DNA from: Haloquadratum walsbyi C23
Lineage (GTDB): Archaea > Halobacteriota > Halobacteria > Halobacteriales > Haloferacaceae
Length of the DNA: 32,000 nucleotides
Direction of reading: 5' to 3'
NCBI RefSeq assembly: GCF_000237865.1
Contig: NC_017459.1
Span: 390,001 to 422,000 of the forward strand
Below, one piece after another: positions 26,835 through 32,000 of this stretch; within the stretch, counting starts at the first letter, position 1; each line of letters begins with the position of its first letter. The notes under the pieces were generated by a model. It worked only from the letters and a program-made list of their open reading frames with translations. It was not told the origin of the DNA and did no database searches. Position numbers and translations under genes: made by a program.

Positions 26835-27383
26835 ATGGTTAAAGTCGTTAATATCGTAACGTCTGGGTCTCTCGGCACTGAACTAGATCTAGAGAATGTA
26901 TATCGCGATGTTGGAGCAATTGGTGAGTACGATCCCAACAAATATCCAGCAGTGTATTTCAGATTCAAAGAAGACGCTCCTTTGGTTACTCTCTATAGAA
27001 CTGGGAAGTACATCGTAACCGGAGCAGATTCAAAGGAAGAGGCGTATTCGATACGCGACCGCTTCCTCGGTCTGCTTGCAGAGCAGGGGATGATTGCAGA
27101 GCAGGATGACGAGTGGTTTCGAATTCAGAACCTCGTCTGTACGGCAGAACTGGGGGAGTCGTTGAATCTCAATGCACTCGCAATCGGTCTTGGTCTCGAA
27201 ATGACTGAATACGAGCCTGAGCAGTTCCCTGGGTTGACTTATCGACCAACCGGTACCGATAGTGTCGTTCTCCTCTTCGCCTCTGGCCGTGTCGTGATTA
27301 CGGGCAGCCCTGACCTCGATACAGCAGAGGAGACGTTCGCCGCGTTACAAGAAGAAGTGACAGACCTCCTTGCCATCGACTAA
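26835..27383 (+). CDS. tbp: TATA-box binding protein paralogue
   Basis: 182 aa with the two TBP direct-repeat halves. First half: VNIVTSGSLGTELDLENV...YPAVYFRF...LVTLYRTGKYIVTGADS. Second half: IQNLVCTAELGESLNLNALAIGL...EYEPEQFPGLTYRP...VLLFASGRVVITGSPD. Confidence 0.92.
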   Translation: MVKVVNIVTSGSLGTELDLENVYRDVGAIGEYDPNKYPAVYFRFKEDAPLVTLYRTGKYIVTGADSKEEAYSIRDRFLGLLAEQGMIAEQDDEWFRIQNLVCTAELGESLNLNALAIGLGLEMTEYEPEQFPGLTYRPTGTDSVVLLFASGRVVITGSPDLDTAEETFAALQEEVTDLLAID

Positions 27384-27589
27384 GGCACAGACCGAGAGAC
27401 TCCGAGGAGACGCGGTTTTGTGGCGAGGGGCTGAGGGATACACCGGATTCCATCTCAACTCGCAGAGCCTCGCATCTCTTGACCAGAAGATGACCTAGTC
27501 AGAGAACCGGTTTCGCTCTGTAAACGCGAAACTCCGGAATGCTCTAATCCAAAATCCCGGAATAGCGGGGTAAGACGTTTGACGCGTCA

Positions 27590-27981
27590 TCAATCCTGCT
27601 CTAAGTTGTGAGTTGGCAGGTCGATCAGCACATCTGGGTCACAGTCGAACGGACTCGGGAGTTCGTCAACGAACGCTCGCACGAATCCCGTGGTTCCTGG
27701 TTTGATCATATTACCTCTGCATCGGCGTGAGCCGTCTCACCATCCTCGTTCTCGTAGGTCGTGGGGACGAGCACGGGGATACCCTCCTCGAGATACTCCT
27801 GCGAGACGTTTCTGAGCGTCTCGCTCTCCGTGTCGAGGTTCCTGTCCGTATCTATCGTCCCGACGACTCCGCCTCGTTCATGATTCAGTATCTCGACCTC
27901 TACGACCTCGTGCGACGTCTCTGTCGTGACCTCGACGTCCTCACCGAGATTTATCGCAGGTTCATCGTTGAGGCTATTAAA
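27590..27981 (-). pseudogene. GC-rich relic: 5'-truncated acidic ORF ATGA-coupled to a 39-aa ORF
   Basis: The minus-strand frame 27981..27706 reads FNSLNDEPAINLGEDVEVTTETSHEVVEVEILNHERGGVVGTIDTDRNLDTESETLRNVSQEYLEEGIPVLVPTTYENEDGETAHADAEVI with no start codon. Its stop overlaps the ATG (27709) of MIKPGTTGFVRAFVDELPSPFDCDPDVLIDLPTHNLEQD. GC content drops abruptly near 27975. Confidence 0.35.
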
Positions 27982-27984
27982 TCA

Positions 27985-28446
27985 CTCACTATCACGAACC
28001 TTACAACAGCAGTCCCATCATTAGCTGGTCGATCCGCCCGAGTTAGCATTCATGATACACCAATTATTGACCGTGGCACGCCGACAAAGTCACTAATTCG
28101 CCGACGCGTCCTCATTGAGTCATACACAACACGTTCTCAGGATATTGTACTCGCCAACGTATCTGGGAGCGAATCGTCCAACATCTCTATTCCAGAACAT
28201 GTTGGAGACGTGACTGTATCCATCTTACCAACTACGAATCGGACAGTCCAAACTATCCGGGCAGATGGTCGGGTAGTTAGGCATAATCCAACGGGACTCA
28301 GTGTACAAAAGCATCATATTTCTTCATCGAGACATCCACTTAATATCTCGATTGTCTCAACCGGTAATACCTCAGGAAAACTACTGATTGCGTGGCAGAC
28401 AGCAGATACAACGCTCGCGTGGGTGGAGGTGCGTGTCGGTGAGTAA
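27985..28446 (+). pseudogene. probable 5'-truncated member of a pilin-like cluster (3' part of listed ORF 27727..28446)
   Basis: Only the AT-rich 3' part (...IVLANVSGSESSNISIPEHVGDVTVSILPTTNRTVQTIRADG...LIAWQTADTTLAWVEVRVGE) looks like a beta-rich secreted protein. I found no canonical in-frame start codon between the composition break and the late GTG at about 28210 (in HVGDVTVS). Confidence 0.3.
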
Positions 28447-28540
28447 CGTCTGCTGGTTATTATTTGACATACAAAATAGCAATCGTGCGCCAGTCGATAA
28501 TATCGATGAGTGTTCCCAGTGCGACAATCAAGCGGCAACC

Positions 28541-28966
28541 TTGACAGATCAAAGACGAGTAGATAGTCGCGCACAGCTAGCAACATCACTTATTGAGTCA
28601 GGCGTTGGGGCATTGGTAATTCTCGCTGTCGTGTCTGGATTTCTTTGGGCTCCAATTGATACAGCTAACTCAACACCTGAACTTGACCAACTTGCAGCAG
28701 ACACACTTTATATTCTTGACGAAGAGACTTCCTCCAATTCGGGTCAAACACGCCTCGCAGCTATGTGTCATTCATCGTCAATGTCAATGAGTGAGCAGAC
28801 GCTCCTTCGTGACCGAATAGAAACAATCTTACCACCCACTGTTTTCGCAGAAATAAAAACGCCACATGGAACTATCGGACCAGCCGCACCAGTGGGCGGG
28901 TATACTGGGCGAGCAGTATCTGTTGGGAATCACTGTACTGTTGCTATTGAGATATGGTATGTATGA
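28541..28966 (+). CDS. archaeal type IV pilin-like protein (class III signal peptide)
   Basis: From in-frame TTG 28541 the protein begins MTDQRRVDSRAQLATSLIESGVGALVILAVVSGFLW. That is a short charged N-terminus, an R-A-Q motif, then a hydrophobic helix, as in archaeal prepilins. The track ORF start (28388) overlaps the previous gene and adds an implausible Cys/Arg-rich extension. Confidence 0.5.
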   Translation: MTDQRRVDSRAQLATSLIESGVGALVILAVVSGFLWAPIDTANSTPELDQLAADTLYILDEETSSNSGQTRLAAMCHSSSMSMSEQTLLRDRIETILPPTVFAEIKTPHGTIGPAAPVGGYTGRAVSVGNHCTVAIEIWYV

Positions 28967-29544
28967 ATATGATCCGATCCTCAGGTGATACCCGAGGTCA
29001 GGTCGTTCTCGTCGCAGCAACAGTCGTCGCCATTGCGCTTCTCACAATGGTATTTGCGTATACGCAACTTGGCTCTATTAGCTTTGACACCGCAGATGAA
29101 GCCTCGTCACGCATCGATACTGGAGGGGCAATCGTGAATCCAGGCTCACCTGTGATTGCACTCGATACAGTTCACAATCAACTTACAGCATCTGTCCAGG
29201 CAGCAGTATTTGATGATCGTAAAAAGCATAATTGGAATGAACGTCAGCGTGTAATTGAGCGCGTCCGAACAGATATTACTGAAGACTTCCATCAAATTGA
29301 ATTATATCATATACAAGAGGGACGGTCACTCACACTCAATTTTGCTGCATCTCATGCTCACGAATGGGCGCACATGCAATGCCCGGGTGGTCCTAACCGT
29401 ATGTTCGGTCAGTGCCAACCAGTAAATGGAATAATCATACAATCACGTGCTGAGGAAGCAACTATTGTCGCTATAGCTGTCGAAGTTCAAGTCATTTCAC
29501 CAACAGAAACGACAAATGCGATATTCATAATTACCATTGAATAA
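28954..29544 (+). CDS. archaeal type IV pilin-like protein (class III signal peptide)
   Basis: The N-terminus M(VCMN)MIRSSGDTRGQVVLVAATVVAIALLTMVFAY matches the archaellin/pilin RGQ-hydrophobic signal. Alternative ATGs are at 28963 and 28969. It overlaps the stop of the upstream pilin-like gene. Confidence 0.6.
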   Translation: MVCMNMIRSSGDTRGQVVLVAATVVAIALLTMVFAYTQLGSISFDTADEASSRIDTGGAIVNPGSPVIALDTVHNQLTASVQAAVFDDRKKHNWNERQRVIERVRTDITEDFHQIELYHIQEGRSLTLNFAASHAHEWAHMQCPGGPNRMFGQCQPVNGIIIQSRAEEATIVAIAVEVQVISPTETTNAIFIITIE

Positions 29545-29847
29545 GAGATCTGAACACTGACAAGATTTTTATTATGTATCGGATTAATATTTAATTCGAA
29601 CCCTGAGATACTTTTTTATTAATATGTATCGACTCAACACAATATATAAATTTTAGAGGGTGTCATAAAACAGTTAACATGGTTTTCTGACACCGGTTGA
29701 GAGGACTATTGCTGCTTTTGAATAGCGGCAACATTTTCTCTCTCAGACGCCGGTTTTCTGAAAGCTACTGAGGTGTGTGAATCGTTCTATGACACCCTGA
29801 TTCTTCTCTAATTTGGGGATTCGATAATGATCAAAGCAACGAGGATA

Positions 29848-31047
29848 TCATTCTTCAATACTGTCGATGGCCATCTGTGCGACTGACCGAACATCCTCAT
29901 CAGGGTCAGTCGCAGCAAGTTCGGTCAACGTCTCTAATGCACTTGTCGCTTTTAGTCGTTTTAGAGCCCAGCAAGCATTGAACCGCGTATCAGCGGATTC
30001 GTCATTGAGCACCGCAAGCAACTCTTCTGTGGCCGGACTCACTGTATCGGGATATTCTTTCGCAACACGAGCAAGAATGGATGTTGCGTTGTATCTCACC
30101 AGCTCGTCTGGGTCTTGCACCAACTCTATTACATCTGGAATCCAAGGTTTCACCTCGGTTGGATACTCGTCGGCGATATCTGCGAGTACACCAGCAGCAT
30201 TAGACCGGATCGTGTACTGATCTGTTGATAACAACTCGCCAGCGGTCGGGGCAACGTCGACCGTGACGTTCGCATGTTCTTTACTGAGGTGGCCGATTGC
30301 CCGGAGCACCCAGACGTGAGCACGCTCCGGCTCAGTCTCTAAGAACAACTCTAGCTTCGTAACAACATCAACTAATGCGTCTGGTTGTGAGGATCCGACT
30401 GAAGCCAAGATTCGGGCTGTTGAGTCCGTATCTGTCGACTCATCTCGAAGCAACCTCGCAAGTTGCGGTATGGCATCAGTTACTACAGTGGGATCATGAT
30501 CAGCGAATTCAGCAAGAAACTGTATAGCTTCGTTCCGGAGTAAAGAGTGAGTAGACTCATCCACGAGATGGATTGCCGGTTTGACACCCGCTCGCGTGCG
30601 TTCTGGGTCCGACTCAACGACACGTGTGAGTATTCCGAGAGCCTCACCTTGTACTGCAGGGTGGCTATCACTTAGCAGCTCTATCACCAAATCAACAGCA
30701 GGGATACACTCATCAGGTGATGTTGCTGCCATCTTGGCGAGGTGAGCCAGAGCTACGCGCTGTGATTTCCCATCTGAAGACGCGATATCTGAAACGACTT
30801 CATTTACGCTCGTAGGGTCTACCGTGTCGGAGGCTTCGTTCAGGTCGCCCTCAGTGTACGTGTTTCCGAGGCTATCGACGAGACTGTACTCAGTCAAATT
30901 CCGGTCTGTCCGTACTGACATCTCGAATAATTTCAACCGATTTGTATGAGTGAGCGGCATTACCCGTTCGTCTGGCGGTTTTAGCATATCCCATTCAACA
31001 ATTTGATACCCAACTTTTGGATACGCGTTCTCAAGTGGATCTGTCAT
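29848..31047 (-). CDS. HEAT-repeat (PBS-lyase-like) protein
   Basis: 399 aa with repeated about 30-aa units such as LLSDSHPAVQGEALGIL, LVQDPDELVRYNATSILARV, LNDESADTRFNACWALKRL and ATDPDEDVRSVAQMAIDSI. Confidence 0.85.
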   Translation of the reverse strand: MTDPLENAYPKVGYQIVEWDMLKPPDERVMPLTHTNRLKLFEMSVRTDRNLTEYSLVDSLGNTYTEGDLNEASDTVDPTSVNEVVSDIASSDGKSQRVALAHLAKMAATSPDECIPAVDLVIELLSDSHPAVQGEALGILTRVVESDPERTRAGVKPAIHLVDESTHSLLRNEAIQFLAEFADHDPTVVTDAIPQLARLLRDESTDTDSTARILASVGSSQPDALVDVVTKLELFLETEPERAHVWVLRAIGHLSKEHANVTVDVAPTAGELLSTDQYTIRSNAAGVLADIADEYPTEVKPWIPDVIELVQDPDELVRYNATSILARVAKEYPDTVSPATEELLAVLNDESADTRFNACWALKRLKATSALETLTELAATDPDEDVRSVAQMAIDSIEE

Positions 31048-31174
31048 TCAGTGGGTCCTCTCTTTGGTTTATGTATTTGGTGTCGTGAGCTAAAAAGGCT
31101 GTTTGACTTTCATGCTGATCTCATATCCCAATTAACACTTAACTTTTTGTCCAAATCTATATTCTCCTGCAATT

Positions 31175-32000
31175 ATGGAATTATATCGGATTGAACCAGA
31201 CAATATGACGCGTATTAGCGAACGAAATCTGGACGAAGAGGAACAGCTAGAAAATAGATTAGTGCGCACAGAGGCAGCACAAATCGGCGATGTCGAACTT
31301 CTTTACATTGGTCGGCAAGGAACTATCGAGACTGGTGGTATATTTGATATTCTTGCTATTGATGAACTGGGTAATACAGTGGTTGTGGAATTAAAACGAA
31401 ATGAAGCGCCACGCAGCGTGATTGCTCAGGCTCTTGAATACGCAAGTGAGATTCAAGACGCTGAGTACGACTATCTAAATAGTCGATACAGTTCTTTTCT
31501 AAGAGAAGAGCAGGGGTATGGTGACGAACCTCCTTCACTCCTAGAAGCCCATGCAGAATATTTCGATCTTGATGAGCCACTCTCACCCCGTGAGTTCAAT
31601 ACTGAACAGCGGTTGATTCTGGTCGCCAGCAAATTTGATGAAGATAAGCTATTAAATATAGTAGACTTCCTCCGAAACCACGATGTTGATGTCATCGCTG
31701 TAGAGCATAGTACCTACCGCGACGACGATTCAGATATTGAGTTGCTGGCCACAGATGCTATCCGACGGCCTCTAGCACAAGAACCCTCCACAGCAGGAGA
31801 TAGAGACTCCCACTCTCGAGTGTATGGGCGAAAGTGGCACATAGAAGAGAAACCGAATCCCGAGACAGGTGAACTTATAGAAGAGATCGTAAGCCAACTA
31901 TCTACTATTGACTCCCTACAAGATCCATCTTGGAATCAGAAACCATATGTTGCGCTTGATCATCAAACTCTACAGTATCGTTTAATAATCAGGACTCAGG
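31175..32000 (+). CDS. partial CDS (3' end outside window): PD-(D/E)xK nuclease-like protein (NucS/DUF91-type core)
   Basis: Absent from the ORF track because it has no stop in the window. I translated it from ATG 31175 to 32000 without meeting a stop. It reads MELYRIEPDNMTRISERNLDEEEQLENRLV...GGIFDILAIDELGNTVVVELKRNEAPRSVIAQALEYASEI, which has the D...E-L-K core and QxxxY helix of DUF91/NucS-type endonuclease folds. Confidence 0.65.
   Translation, partial: MELYRIEPDNMTRISERNLDEEEQLENRLVRTEAAQIGDVELLYIGRQGTIETGGIFDILAIDELGNTVVVELKRNEAPRSVIAQALEYASEIQDAEYDYLNSRYSSFLREEQGYGDEPPSLLEAHAEYFDLDEPLSPREFNTEQRLILVASKFDEDKLLNIVDFLRNHDVDVIAVEHSTYRDDDSDIELLATDAIRRPLAQEPSTAGDRDSHSRVYGRKWHIEEKPNPETGELIEEIVSQLSTIDSLQDPSWNQKPYVALDHQTLQYRLIIRTQ

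Noticed and set aside
27727-28446. The 239-aa ORF taken as a single intact gene
   Set aside because: Its N-terminal third is Arg/Leu-rich and antisense to a much more protein-like acidic frame in a GC-rich relic. Composition changes abruptly near 27975, and only the 3' part may be a gene remnant.
31003-31695. Listed ORFs 31003..31194 (+), 31356..31586 (-) and 31471..31695 (-)
   Set aside because: The first lies in the divergent intergenic region and has a hydrophobic, Cys-rich sequence. The other two are antisense to the long open-ended nuclease-like frame that starts at 31175.

Overview
All family assignments come from motif recognition by eye; no database search was run. The window looks like an accessory, mobile-DNA-rich region of a low-GC haloarchaeal replicon. 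Evidence: strongly acidic predicted proteins, patches of GC-rich foreign DNA, and many decayed genes. It is Haloquadratum-like, but that is inference only.

Layout:
(i) 1-2.9 kb is a gene graveyard. It holds a partial membrane-anchored protein running off the left edge, a GC-rich relic, and an asparagine-synthase-like pseudogene with an in-frame stop and a frameshift.
(ii) 2.9-16.6 kb is a complete subtype I-D CRISPR-Cas locus. A divergent csa3-like CARF/wHTH regulator is followed by cas6-cas10d(HD)-csc2-csc1-cas3'(helicase only)-cas4-cas1-cas2. The gene junctions overlap or nearly abut. A 115-nt leader and an array of 44 repeats (37 nt) and 43 spacers follow. The array has two tandem unit duplications, one homologous spacer pair and a degenerate terminal repeat.
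(iii) 16.9-20.3 kb is mobile DNA. It holds a tyrosine recombinase translationally coupled to a stand-alone core-binding-domain-like ORF. It also holds a 940-bp GC-rich IS with perfect 16-bp inverted repeats and an 8-bp target duplication; this IS cleanly splits a 176-aa ORF.
(iv) 20.3-26.7 kb is the most interesting part. Two dissimilar DNA methyltransferases converge, stop codons 1 nt apart, on a two-gene operon of 255-aa and 595-aa proteins in which I recognise no named family. This is a candidate unclassified restriction-modification-like defence module.
(v) 26.8-32 kb holds a TBP paralogue, another GC-rich relic, a 5'-truncated archaeal pilin-like gene cluster, a HEAT-repeat protein and a partial PD-(D/E)xK (NucS/DUF91-like) protein running off the right edge.

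No rRNA or tRNA gene was recognised.
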